Assembly: GCA_000934665.2 (NCBI GenBank)
Contig: KZ538995.1
Span: forward strand, 1 to 37,059
Reading direction: 5' to 3'
Length of the DNA: 37,059 nt
Source: Catajapyx aquilonaris
Taxonomy: Eukaryota
Made by a program: the position numbers and the translations under genes. Each line of letters starts with the position of its first letter. Position 1 is the stretch's first letter. Shown piece after piece: positions 11,471 through 24,545 of this stretch. The notes beneath the pieces are model-generated. The model worked only from the letters and a program-made list of their open reading frames with translations, was not told the origin of the DNA and made no database searches.

Positions 11471-12886
11471 GCCTAAGCGATGGAAGTATCGTAAGCAGTA
11501 TCCGAAACCTATAAGCTGGGATAACGCACTTTTTATTCAATGCTAATTATCACGGTAACTATGCTTCGGAGACCCATGTTGCACATCCTCAATGTGATCG
11601 CCTAGAACCCCTGTATCATTTCCCAAAGCGACGGTAGGTTAAATTTACGAACCCTGTATTTGTGGTTGAAAAATTCTTCATCAAACTCTGGAATATTGCG
11701 CCTCACCCTCACCCTCACCCTCATTTGACGTTTTAGACCATATGTCATAGGCTACACCTTGTGCAATCACTGACCATACAATACATACACTCCAATCCCA
11801 ACATCATGTTCCTAATCCGTCCAATCGGTCACAACACACTTATAACTTTTTTGTAGAGCCACTCACTTTTTTCCCTCATTTTCGACAATATTCTGGATCT
11901 GCCGGACTCATTCAGGGCAGATCCAATGGTAAAACCTATTCGATACAGAATGGAATCTCCCGACATGGAACGAGAGGCCAAAGTCCAGGGCGGGAGCCCT
12001 TGACTGCGTTATTGGTAGAGGAAGGTTGAATGATGTGGTATACCGGCAGGGCAAAAGTGAAGAGATCGAATCTGCAGGGTGGGTGGGGGTATGGATGGGC
12101 GGGGAAGAGGGTCGGATCCTTGAGGCAAAACTCCCTCTCCCTCCACCCCCCACCCCTTCATGGACCTGCAACTCTGGCAAACTAATCAAATTCAGAGCTG
12201 GAGGATGAGCACACAAAACGAAAGTGGGAGGGGTAGGTATAGGGTGAGGTTTCAGGGGGTGGAGGGGAGGGGGGAGGGGGGATGTGGGGAGGAGATGGGA
12301 ATGCTTCTTTGAGAACGGATTTTGTTGTGATCGCAGATTGGGTTTAGAGGAGTTCGGGCCAACTTTGGAGGCGCTTCTCTGACAAGGAGCGTGTTGGAAA
12401 TAAGGCTACATTAGCTTTATAATTGCGGCGGATTTTTTATACAATTTTTAGTATGATATGGATTTATTGGCCGGTTGTGTGAAAATATGTTATTAAAGTA
12501 TGTTGGAGAATTTTTACCACAGGCAATTAGTGGTGTGGTTGTGTGGATATGCTGCAGCATGGAAAACGTGTCATATGTAATACTGTGGGCTGGATTTATA
12601 TTAAAGACAGATGCCACTTACCTCCTTATCTGTATCGCCGAGTTGGACATGTCTTGCATGTGACAGAAGGTACAGTACATCAGTAATTATTATCATACGT
12701 AAGGCATGATTACTTTGTCTTTCTGAGCACTCAGTTATTGCAGTGGATGAACCGGAGTCTGGGCCTCATTCAGACAAAGGCGGTGGGTGGGTGGGAGCTG
12801 TCTTTAGCAGAAATACAACTACAAGTATAATTATGATGTAAAACCCTGTGGCTGTTTTAAATTATTGTAATTCTGATATGCAAAAC

Positions 12887-13036
12887 CAAGGGGTAACCAC
12901 TCGACTGAAAAGTGTACACTGGAGTACCAAAATTCAAGGAGTACCAAGGAGTACCAAAGAGTAAAGTACCTAAGGAGTACCTGGGAGTACCACTTGCAGG
13001 TGTACACCGGAGTACTGAAGTGATTATACCCCCTTG
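12887..13036. mobile_element. 150-bp MITE with 8-bp TSD, P-element-like (hAT not excluded)
   Basis: Perfect TSD TGCAAAAC (12879-12886, 13037-13044); termini CAAGGGG...CCCCTTG; interior has ~7 copies of GGAGTACC-like motifs. Confidence 0.82.
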
Positions 13037-13826
13037 TGCAAAACGATCAGTCTCACTGGAATTATTTTAAAATGGACGTTTGAAGTTTGCATGTTGCGTT
13101 ATTCCTCATGGTGTTTTCTGGTTCAAAAATTATCCTAGAGAGGTATATTGCTCTCTCTATTCTATAAGTTAAGTTACATTGTATATTGAAGAACTTTGCA
13201 GTGCTGTAGGCTGCGCCAGAGAGCCTCTTAGACACGTCTTTTTAAAACCATTTAAAAATGAACACGTTCTGAATCTACTTACACTTTGACTTCTTGCAAA
13301 GCTGACTTTGGGAAACGCATTACCTTAGATAAATATAAACTGTTGGTAAATAATCTAGGCACTTAAGAGCCGACATGACCTGAAGCAGTCTGAATTACTT
13401 TTATGACGAGGGAGTTCATTAAAGGTAAGCAGGTCTACCGTATAGGCTATACCCTGCAGAATGAGGATATGAGGATCAAAACCAAGCTCATCCCCGCCAA
13501 GCAGAAGGCATTTTCCCACCAGCATTTGCATTTTGTGCCATCTACGTGGTATTAATCCCAGCAAGATGTGGGGCATGTCGTGAAGAATATTTTTTGCAGT
13601 CATAGCGTTCTAATATTCCAAGAGATAAACTCAAGCTGCGCGTATAGTATTTTGTGTATCAGTTTATGAGTTCCATCAAAGAGAAATCCGTCGTTTCAAA
13701 GAACTGAAGCCTTCTTTTGGCAAGGATGAATTATTGTTGCCTTCAAAAGGATTAGTTTTGTAGATTTTTAAATAACAAGTCTCTTGTTGGGAAAGGGAAG
13801 AAGGCATTTTCCAACATTACGTTCGT

Positions 13827-14151
13827 TTTTTTTTGAAGTACCCCGTGATGACCTGTTTCGTCTATAGGGGGGTGGACTACCACCATTGGAGGGAAAGGGG
13901 TCTATTTTTGAATACGCCCGGACCCACGGGCAGGGAAACTGGGAGGGGATGTGCAAAGTGCGTGTGCACAGACGTTGATGTGCCGTTTTGTGAACTCCCC
14001 CGGGTGGCATATGTGGAAGGATCGCCACCCGAAACGAAGCCAGAGACGGTCTCACTCTGCGCGAGATGAAGGGGGGAACCCCGGGTTGGGATCGAACCCG
14101 GGACCTTAACATCCGCGGGCGCATACGTTACCGCAGCGCCACTTCGCCTCC
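13827..14151 (-). mobile_element. tRNA-derived SINE, family C copy 1
   Basis: Minus strand GGAGGCGAAGTGGCGCTGCGGTAACG...GGTTCGATCCC (B-box at 14088-14098)...ATCACGGGGTACTTC(A)n. Perfect 22-bp TSD CATTTTCCAACATTACGTTCGT at 13805-13826 and 14152-14173. Confidence 0.95.
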
Positions 14152-14609
14152 CATTTTCCAACATTACGTTCGTATTAAGTTAATCTGCAAACTTCTCTGC
14201 TATAGTGATTATAAGGGAATACAAGTACAAAACACATCTCTTAGCTGAAGGTTACAGTATAATGACCTCCACATTTTAGTAGGCCTACGCAGGTTTTCTA
14301 TTAGTGGTCAATTTGTAGATATGGGCCATCGGGGCTAATAGGTTAATCCAGCAGCACAGTCACACACTCCGAAGCAACTCACCGTGACCGGTGGTCAATG
14401 CTATTATGGTTCGCTACATTTGGGTCACATGCAGCTAACCGTGTGGGAGGTCAGCAAGTAATATAATGCATCCGGTCTGCTAATCCTAAAAGCCTGCCAG
14501 GCTGAAGTGAAACACCAAAATATTGCATCCAAGAGGTGCGCAGAAATCTCAGATGCCAAGTTTTAAAAGAGAAATGAGGCAGTCACATAATACAAACGCG
14601 TAAATGCCA

Positions 14610-14669
<60 letters not shown>
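14610..14669 (+). repeat. (ATT)n microsatellite
   Basis: About 20 ATT units. Confidence 0.97.
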
Positions 14670-14869
14670 GCGAATAACGTGAATGGCTTTCTCATAAATC
14701 GTCAATAATTAATTATAGGTCTGGCAGAAAGTTATTGTGCCTCAGCAGATCCGTGGCCTGTAGAGTTAGGTTCACATTTGCCTCCGATCTGCAAGGAGGT
14801 CGGTGGTGAGGACCAAAATTCAGCGTTGAGGTATTGCTTCCGTTTGAATAGAACAGCGACGGAGATGTA

Positions 14870-15095
14870 CGACATGCTAAGATTGTGAACAGCAGATGCT
14901 GGTCACCATGTGAGGCCACAAGATGTTGCAACTCTTTGCACACCTCCACCCGCATCTGCCTCTCCTCTGGAGTCAACAGCTTGGGGCCCCATCGCATCGG
15001 CTGCAAACGCATCGCATGTGCAAATGGTCAATCAAAAATCGTGTCGGCACTACCACTGGATGTACTGTATCAATAAGGTCATCTACGGTTATATC
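14870..15095 (-). pseudogene. Decayed mariner (Tc1/mariner) transposase fragment, second HTH and WVPxxL linker
   Basis: Across frameshifts the minus strand gives ITVDDLIDTV / SSGSADTI / LIDHLHMRCVCS / RWGPKLLTPEERQMRVEVCKELQHLVASHGDQHLLFTIL, matching the mariner pattern ITV..LA..L.IS.GSV..IL..HL.M.KV.ARWVP+LLT.EQK..RV..C.ELL. One frameshift is a CGATG duplication. Confidence 0.85.
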
Positions 15096-15156
15096 CACCC
15101 TCTGAATATCCAACTCCTCAGAATATCTGACTGTCCAGCTCCCCCTCTCCAATATG

Positions 15157-15561
15157 AAGGGTGCGGAAATTTATCACACCATCGCTTTGGGAAATGATAG
15201 AAGGGTTCCAGGTGATCAAATGAAGTATAGGCATCATGGGTGTCAACAGCATAGTTACCGAGATAATTAGCATAAAGTAATAAGTGCATTCTACCAGCTT
15301 ATATGTTTTGGATACAGCTGAAGACACTTCTGACGCCTAGGCCATTCCCTGCTACACCTAATGGGATCGTAAACTAAAATTTAATTGCATAGCAACACCT
15401 TCAAATGGACAAGGTAAGGTAGCGTGGAGAGACGCATACATGCCAGCATATTATCAGTAACTATGCTGCGGACACCCATCATTGACAATACCTAAAACGA
15501 TCGCCTAGCGCCCCACTATCATTTACCAAAACCACGGTACAATAAATATTTATTCACCCTG
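15157..15561 (-). mobile_element. Tc1/mariner-type MITE (copy 2 of the 10986-11656 family, older, empty nested site)
   Basis: AAGGGTGCGGAAATTTATCACACCATCGCTTTGGGAAATGATA ... CACCCTG. Shares GCATAGTTACCGAGATAAT, GCCTAGGCCATTCCCTGCTAC and GCGTGGAG.GACGCATAC with copy 1 (internal region inverted relative to copy 1). Confidence 0.88.
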
Positions 15562-18500
15562 CATATGAGGCTAAGTTTGTTTGTTTGTCCATGTAGGGGA
15601 GGTAGGATAGGAGGACGAGGTAGAGAAGGGATTGTACCCTCTGCTATACCCCAATGGTATACCCATTTTATATCCGTTTGTGCCCCTTTATACACAGGAG
15701 ACAGGCCACGCAAAGAAGTTTCCTGCTGCTAGTATATTATTACGTTATGCTGGGAATTTCATACATGTAACAAGGTTAAGAATGTAGGGAAGATGCACAT
15801 GCAGTCGAAGGCCCTTCTCACTCAAAGCAGCCTCCAAGTTACACTTCCGGCTCAACTCTGTTCAGCCGAAGCCTAACTTTTAGAGCAGCTTACTATAGTG
15901 ACGATGATCCTGCGCTTAATATTTCATAATCACTTTTGAGAAAAAACACCAATATGTAGTCTACTGAATCATCTTTTTCGGACGGTCAACATATCACATG
16001 AATATACTTGATAAGAATCGCATGTTGGTCAAAATTGATTTAAGCAACGCCTAATACAGCCATAGGCACACATATTTCCTGATGGTCAAGGCTGTTATAT
16101 TTTAGTCCCCGGGAGAAAATATGTTGGGGGAGGGGAGGGAGATGTTGCATGGCATAATGCAATCTTAAGCCATCATATCTGATATGATTCCAGTGTGACC
16201 ATTACAGTGTTAAATTTCAGGTCTTCATATTTGTAGGCTCTATTTTTGAATAATAAAATCATTGTGCCACTTTCATTACCTGTTTCTACGCCTCCTCCCG
16301 CAAGCCATCATGGTGCTACCCAGGAGCTTCAAAGTTCCAGTAACTGTAACATTATTACACTCATTGAGTCATTGTATATGAGTGGTCTATAGGTCTACCT
16401 ATCAGCAGGTGTGTATTTCTGGAAATAATGTGATACCTGACCATAGAGATATACGTACTGTACTGTAGGTGTACAACTGTATATGTAGTGTGCATGCTTT
16501 TAAAATACCATAGCCTATAATTATGTTTGTTTGATTTTTGCTTCAAGCACAGTAAATTAACGCGTTTTAATTCTGCCATAATTGTGCAAAATTGTTATAT
16601 GCGGTGTAAGGCTCCTAAAGAAATGACATTTTTTCGGTTGCAGAATACCCTGCATTGCCCTAAGCTCCAATACAGTGCGTTTTTAACTCATAAAACCTGG
16701 GTGGCACAATTGACCGCAGGCAATATTATCTATAGTAATCCAAATCGCCTGCCAGACGCAACACTAGGCGAGAAACCTCTAATAATTAAATATTTCAACA
16801 GGCTGGCCCCAATTCAGTATGCTCTAGTTACATCTCATTATTCTCGCAGTATTTTGACAACATGTTGTGTGTGTTTAATGAAGTTTCAAATTTGTACCAA
16901 CTGTTATTCGGCTACTGTCATCCGATGAGCTACGAGCACCACATTAATTTTAAATCCCTGATACTACACCGATGGTTTAAATGGCAATAAGCTAAAACCC
17001 ATTGAGGTGCAAATGATGGACGCTCCCGCACCTTGCTGATGAGCCAGCATGAAAACATGCAGCAGCTGGTCCGAAATTGGCAAGGAAATGCAACCTTCCG
17101 CGTCCTTCAAAAACGTCTTTTTCTCAGCATCTTGTTGGGTGATGGACCGCCTGCTATTTGTTGGGCGGTATAAATGACCCGGCGCCCTAGAAACTCTGGA
17201 GCCCCCCTTGATTTCTCCAAGGCACGATGGAGAAATTACACAGGCCAGGCAGTGGTGGGAGAGAGCTCTTTGTTTCCGTCCCTGCGGGTGCAATTTTGGC
17301 TCTTAATGTGCCCCTGGCTTCGCGCCTCCTTCTTGTTGACGCTCTTAATGAATAAAAGCCGGCGAAAAGTTGAACCGAAGCAGAATTGTGGCGGTTTACG
17401 GCTGCGCTATTATTATTTCCCAATTGCCCAACAGCTCACGAAGGGAGCTCAAGCGGAATTGGGCTAATTATTTTGGGGGGCACAATGCGAGTTGTGTGCC
17501 GCTAATATCGCTGTGTGAAACATGCACTGGGATGAATGTATCTTGGGAGAGGTTGTAACCTGTGCGACACTTCGGCTTGACTCGCTTGATCTCGCAGGAG
17601 CCTTGCCTAACTAATTGGGGAGCTGAGGTCAATGCTTGCTTAAGAGTTCGGCAGTTTCTAGCTCTCGAGTGACGAGAATAAGCACCAAATTTGGGAATGG
17701 CTCTACTGCAGTCTAAATAAAGAGCGTCGTTTTTTTTGGCAAAACTTGCCAGCAGCAGTTATTTTTTTAATGCGCTATTCTACTGAATATGCTTTTTTTT
17801 GTTAAAGGAAGATTCCGCCCAATTCGGACACTCTAGCACCCTGAGCTAGAAGTAACTGTTAAAGAAGGGGAGTAATAATAAGCAAGTTAGTGCCTAAAAT
17901 TAACAGCACAATTCAGTTGAAACAACCTGTATTTTACGTTATTATGCAGCCCTACAGGCTGTACTATAATCTAGGCGAGACCAATCAACACAAGTTAGCT
18001 GAGCTATAGCACTATCGCAGTAGATTCCAGGAAATTGGGAATAAGCCCCTGGCAGTTCATTACTGTGATCATAAACATGTCATTATCACTCAGCAGTAGA
18101 CTGATGGGGATTCCGCACAACTCCAGGATGTATATTTAGACCTCGTGAGTGGGTCACCTTTTGTGCCTATGACGCATTACCATAGGCCTATGCAGATTTT
18201 AAAGTGAATCCGAGTTTGGAAGGTCATCTTCAATTGTAAATTCGACTTTCTATAATGCCACGTCTATTATTTTTAAAATATTTTTTATTAATATTTGTTG
18301 TAAGTTCTTGATCGTGGTCTGGGCTGTTTGTAGGTTTCTCAAAGGCGTTCCTTTCAGCAAATAATTTTCTAGGAAAAATGTGCACTTTTACCAAGTGTAG
18401 TTCACAGGTCATAGGCCTCCATTGGCGTATATCAGTCTCTTTCTTAACTTCACAACTTGGACATCACCAGTAATTATATCACCATAAATTTAACAGCCTG

Positions 18501-21311
18501 AACACTTGCGACGTGCGTGAAACACACAGGAAGATTCATGGCACCGTTCCTAATATTTAAGACAGTACAATACCGTGGGGTCGGATTGGCCCAGCCTCGC
18601 AGCGGGGGAATTAACTCCCGTCCTCAACCTACCGTGTTTGATGATTTATCCTTCACCTCCTAAGCCATTAGCACTCACTTCTGCATGTAATTAGCCGATT
18701 TCGACCTCGCGATGTGAATCCCCAGTTTTACCTCTCGCTCTCTTTTTTTCCAAGCACGAACAATGCCTAGTTTCCCGTCAAAAATTTCTCCATTTTTGCA
18801 CGGCCACCGCTTCGTCCAAGATAATTGCACACTATTTCAAAAATCAGCATATGGCACGGTTCAATCGGCATCCAGCTCAGATGCCGTGATCAATAGGGGA
18901 GATGAGCTATTGCAAGACTAACTGAGAATGTTAATACAGACTTTTCTCTTTCACGCGCTTCTGGTGAGGCTGAAAACGGTGCGTGATTAGAATTCGAGTT
19001 TTCCCAGTTACTAAACCATGCTCGGCAGTAATCCTGGCTGTGGAAGGCTATCAAAAGAAAAACATGTAAACTCCTAAAATCCTGCTTTACAGAAAGTTTT
19101 CCCTGCCTCTCCCGGGCTCCAGTGGCGTAAAAAGCAGACCTTGGAAATACTCTGGGTCCAGATAAAAGAGAAGATCTCCCACTGGTGCCTACTTAGGCGT
19201 GGCCAACACAAGCTAGTGGAATCCGAGTGAGAAGGAAAAGCCGATCTCGCTTTTTGCTCATTAGCCCACGTCTTTCCTGGAAGCATTTCTTAGTGAGGAT
19301 TACCAGGGAAAAAGGAGATTAGTTCACCGTCTCTTAAATACTTAGGGAAGAGTTGTCTGCAAAAGATTCCTAGATTTTGGCCTCCGCGCTTATTTGAGGG
19401 ATACCTCCGCATTAATTAATCCGCCTCGGACAAGCTATTGAGATTCGGGAACACTTTTAATTATACCTTTTTCATTCCGAATGCTATTTTAGGCTTGCAC
19501 GGATTTTTCCCCGAATATATGCTTACAGTCTTGAAAAATAATTAGCCTCCTTTTTGGCTTGAATGAAAGTAATGTTTGGTGCTTATGAAAATATGATGCC
19601 ATGCTGTCTTAGAGTGAATGATTTTCATCCGAAAATGAAATCCCGCTCACGACTTAGGGTTCCAGGATTATTGGAAAAAGTGAAGGAATTGGGTAGTTTG
19701 AATTATTGAAGGTGATATTAGATCTGCACTATCATTTATGTGGCATTAGACACCTTATATCTGTCCTCCTGGAAATTGACCAATAAATTTTACTTTGGCC
19801 AATATATTAAAAGCCATCTGCGGAACGACCCACTTTGTCCACAGGGACAGGGTGTTTCCTACAAATGTTAGTGTCCCTGCTCCAAGACAAAATACCGTAT
19901 GGAACATGATGGCATCATGGTTTATAGACCATGTGCTTGTGTACGATTGAAAAGCTTCAAACCGTACTAGATAGACTGCAGTAGTGCAGAGGTGACGTTC
20001 TCCTGGAGAGATGTGTAAATTGCACCAGAGACTTCTGCCTTCTGCTGCTATTACCCCCCACACGTTCAGTTCACTAGGCCAAATGACGTTCCTTTTATTA
20101 TATCGAAGGGAACTTGTTCCTGGAGCTTCGGGGTCGACAGCTGAACTAGGAGAGATGGAATACAGGGAAGTGACTTTTTTCCGCTGAGTTGATTGACCTA
20201 ATCTTGGCCCGAAGTGCTAGAGGCGGTAGAAAGCCAAGTGAGCAGCTTCTTCAGACTCCCAGCCAGCCAAAAGGAGGGGCAATGCCAGCAAGAGAGGGAG
20301 AAGATTTCAAACAGCATTCGGTGGAAGCTATGTTGTTGCCAACCAAGGTTATGGACTTCCATCGTTTTTAGCTTCAATTCAAATCCAGCCCTTCCTGTAT
20401 ACAATAGAAGGAACCATAGAAAAAGCGGAGACTTTGCCACATGTTGAAGCGTCTTTTGATGAAAGAACTGGAACTGCTGTTGAACAATACTTGATATTCT
20501 TGTCTGCTGTATATCTCTTGCGTGAATTTTGCCAAATGCTGCAGTTTATAGAAGTTGGAATAAATTTTACCTATGATATTTTGTGCATTTATGAGCACGA
20601 AGTAAATTAGTACATAATTAGAGTAATTAGCTCGAAATTTACTGACTGCGGGTACACAAAAATGGCCGTCTTCGTAAACCGAACATGCTGCAATTATGGC
20701 TTAATAAGGGAACCCCGCGCGGCGTGTCAAGTGTCGATTGCATCCTAGTTCTGCTGACAAATACATATGCGCATTTAACCTCATAGAAGACGCAGTAACC
20801 CGCACAAAACGGTAAGCTAGCAAATGAAGCCGATTTGGAGTAGGTAACCAATAACGCATAAACCAGCATTTCCCCGAGCAACCGCAGGGAATATGGGCAT
20901 AAAGGTTGCGGTGAAACGATTATTTAGGGATCGATTAGTGTATACTCTAAACATGGCATGGAAGGAGAAATACTGTTGCTCCTATAGTGGTGTGGCGTAA
21001 CTAGGCTTACGCTAGGGAATATTCGTGATTATCTGTTGTGCATACTAAATGGACTACTCTCATTACAAGGGAATTAATGCAGTATACGGAATTACTGCAT
21101 AATATGTGCGAGGATTAATAGTCCAGATATGTGTTCACTTTGCGCCAGGAAATTTTAGTCATGTTTGTATGCAGGAAGAGAAATAGTAGTGACATGCCGG
21201 CGCGATAAGGGCCGCTCCCCTGCTTTTGGAACGGCCGCCATAAAGCCCCCAAAAAATGGCCGGTACACTCTTCAAATGCATCTTTTCGATTGGCCTCGTT
21301 TGACTGACACG

Positions 21312-21316
21312 CTCTC

Positions 21317-21359
<43 letters not shown>
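21312..21359 (+). repeat. (CT)n microsatellite
   Basis: About 24 CT units with one interruption. Confidence 0.97.
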
Positions 21360-21361
<2 letters not shown>

Positions 21362-24123
21362 GTGTACATAGGTTTAGGTAGAAAATCAGAGAGGCCGAGT
21401 GGTGCAAAGGAGCGCGTGGGTAAAGCGCAGAAGTGGCCAGGTCGGAAACGATCGGAGCGGGCTGTCCCCTTGGCATATTGGCTATTCGCTTGCAACTTTA
21501 TGAGCATTGGGAAATCCTCCGCCTTTTCCTTTGACGAGGGGCCGAACGGAGGCACGCGGAATGCAGAGATGGTTATGACTCTTCCCTGCCGCCCCCACGC
21601 TGCAGCCTAGCTCACCCTCGAGGTGAGACGTGGATGCTTTTGAAATCAGTGGATGCAATGCCCTGGAAATCTTCCCAAGCTTCATCTCCCCGGCATCCAT
21701 CTTCAACTGAGCAGACTGTCCAGTGTGCCGGTCTGGCACACTCCAAAAAGTTTTGCTTCACCTTTCAACTCGGATGACGCGTTGTAAATGGAGCTGGATT
21801 TTGGGACCCGCTATTTGAATGGAGGGATTGGTGAAGGGGGTGTTTTATATTCAGGTGCAACTGTTGGGCTAACTGGATTGATCAATCAGGAGGATCTACT
21901 AATGTGCGCGTGAAATATTTCGGCAATAATAGGGAATTGTTTTGGATGTAGGTTTTGCCATCCGTCTTGGTGGTAATCAGAATTTGTAATGGTGACCTAA
22001 ATAAGATGGTATAAACCACTACGAGAGGGAGAGAGAGAGAGAGCTTGCAGGTATTAGGCTATCTCTGAAAAAATGGTTCGGCTAATGGTATCCCGATGGT
22101 CTACATCCACCATCACTTTCAGACGGCAAAATAATAATCACGTTGCTCGAGTGCTGATGGTGGTATAGCACCTGTGTGTATGCAGGCTGAAATTTTCTGA
22201 CATGTAGAACGATATATGATAATAATGATGCCCTCTACTGTAAATTTTATGTAAAGTAATAAGTAATAATCAAGGACTTGTCTACTTGTCTCCTGTTAGC
22301 ATTTTACTTAAGCTAGTCTACAAGGTGAGTAATGTATTCCTCTAAACTGCAATATTGAGGTAAGCCAACTTCAAAGCTACACTGACTAATTACACCGTCT
22401 GGCGCGACAAAAACTGATATCGATCTTCAACACACTTTTTTCAGGATTTTCAAAATAATGTCGATGGAATTTTATATAGAGGATAACATTAATTTTGAGG
22501 GCACGCTGTTTAAGCGAGAGGAGCGCCATTTTGCATATGACCGAAATAAAATTAGCCAGTTTTAAATCAGATGCTCGTTGTTGTTTTTAGTTCATAGGGC
22601 TTTCAGTAATATTATGACCAAGCAACGAAAACTCGCGTACGACATCTAAGCGGAAAAGTGATTTTTGGAGAGTGGGAGCAAACGGTAGAATATATCCCGA
22701 TAACACCTGCACAAATATGGAGAAAACTTATTTCTATTTGAGAAATTCATCTGGCCGACCCGAGAATATAGCGAGGGACCGCAGAGGTGGAATCCGTTAA
22801 GTTGCAGGTTGTTAAATTATATTATCCGAGGCCCAAACGAATTGAAAGAAACTAAAAATAAAACTTTTAAACAGGCCATAATGATAAGATTGTATAGCAT
22901 AAAACTTTTCCTACAAGCCTGTTTGGAGCAATTTGCTGATTCGCTCTTATTTGTCATTTATTTTCCTGGTTATAACATATCCCGTCCTTTCCCTCGCCTC
23001 CTCGTCAGCTCGTCGTCATGGTTCCCTGGGCTATTCCAATCAACCCGCTTCTGGGGTTGGACGTTATTCTTCTGCATCTAAGCCACCCTACGTCTGGTGA
23101 ACAGGAAAACAAACTGGCTAACGATTAATTGCTAGGATCATAAGGCCAAGCAATCAAGACAGTAAAATATAAGCCCAAGCCTTACTTTCATGTATACAAT
23201 AGCACCTGAGTTGAACCAAGAGCAGAGCACACAAGCCAAGCAACGAATCTGAACCTCTTACAAGAAAAATAATGAAAGTAATCCAGTGGACATGCAGCTC
23301 CAGTGGATCCAGACTTGAGATATCCGTTGCCTTAACCCCCCCGGATCACCACGCATCACCGTCACATATTTCAACATCCCCGTGCAAATCCTCTGCATTC
23401 ATCAGCGACAAGACACTGCGCCTGGTCCTCTAACAGCCAGCAATTCTTCCGGAATTAATTATCCGCTAGAGACCCAAGTGTGACATCTGGCCAGAAGTGG
23501 GCGCTAGTGCCCGAAGTCCGTCAAAAACGTGTCGGCCAAAACCCTCGTTTTTGCCATTCCGTAGTTGGCCAGGCGCCATCGATGGATTCCCGGGAGAACT
23601 CAAGTTGAAAAGGAGGAGAAGGACACAAAAGCTACAAGCCCAGGAGCCCATCTCCATCCTGGCTGATAAATAATGGCACTGCGCCCGATGATTAATTGAG
23701 TTGTCAACCAGTCCTTGGCAATATTCCACAGCTGCGAGATGTAAACGGCGAGTTATTTTTCTCCACCACTCTTGTTATTGTCTTTCCGACGCCTCTTACT
23801 TTTAATTGGATTTGGCGTCTGCATTTTACACCATTAAGCTGCAAATGCAAATGGAGTGGTGGGCTGCGGACATATTGTTTGCGGCCATCAATTCCACTGG
23901 GTCACGACTTGACGACAAGTGCTGCCGGAGTCGGAGCAGGACGATTATTATTTACGTGGCCAGGGATAAGTGCGGCACATGTACGAGTGTATTGAAATGG
24001 GGCGCAAAGTAGTTGTGGGATGTGCTCATTGTTCTGAATAGGACGTGATCAAATTTCGCTGCACGATCAAGCTGACTGGGCAATATTCTGCAGAAGACGT
24101 GATTTTAATATGGACTGTGTATA

Positions 24124-24545
24124 TAGGGGGATTCCGGTAACTTTGGAAAAAATCACTGGGTGGATAGGGGCCCCATAGGCAAGTATTTTGAGCTTCGGTA
24201 CCCATGTCCGGAAATGCCGGGGTACGGCGGTGGGTTTCCACCTTTGGTCTGTTGCGCCTGGTGGGTAGGCAACCGACAGTACTCGAAACTTGCGTTCATC
24301 AGGTGTGTCGCGTGTGGAGGAGACGAAGGTGAAAACAATTGCGAGTGTCAAGTGCAAAACCTGATGAACGCAACCTTCGAGTACGATGGGTTGCCTACCC
24401 ACCAGGCGCAATATGCTAAAGGTGGAAACGGCCGTAACCCCGTACGTACGGGGACATTTCCGGACATGTACCTAAGCTCAAAATACTTGCCCATGGGGCC
24501 TCTGCGCACCCTGTGATTTTTGCCAAAGTTAACGGAATCACCCTG
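24124..24545. mobile_element. Tc1/mariner-type MITE (~420 bp, near-complete foldback)
   Basis: TA|TAGGGGGATTCCGGTAACTTTGGAAAAAATCACTGGGTG ... CACCCTGTGATTTTTGCCAAAGTTAACGGAATCACCCTG|TA. Arms are ~180 bp (GGCAAGTATTTTGAGCTT/AAGCTCAAAATACTTGCC; GCGCCTGGTGGGTAGGCAACC/GGTTGCCTACCCACCAGGCGC; TTGCGTTCATCAGG/CCTGATGAACGCAA). Confidence 0.93.

Larger units (their letters stand above)
10986..11656. mobile_element. Tc1/mariner-type MITE (copy 1) carrying a nested insertion
   Basis: TA|CAGGGTTCGGAAATTTAACATACCGTCGC ... GCGACGGTAGGTTAAATTTACGAACCCTG|TA, with a ~110-bp imperfect TIR including GCATAGTTACCG/CGGTAACTATGC. Homologous to 15157-15561 in the opposite orientation. Confidence 0.9.

Noticed and set aside
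12912..13020. CRISPR-like repeat array (also the 25-bp repeat at 1444-1512)
   Set aside because: Repeats are too short or lack unique regular spacers, there are no cas genes, and the context is eukaryotic.
22391..22800. Possible MITE starting TA|CACCGTCTGG
   Set aside because: Composition is TE-like, but I could not find a matching right TIR.
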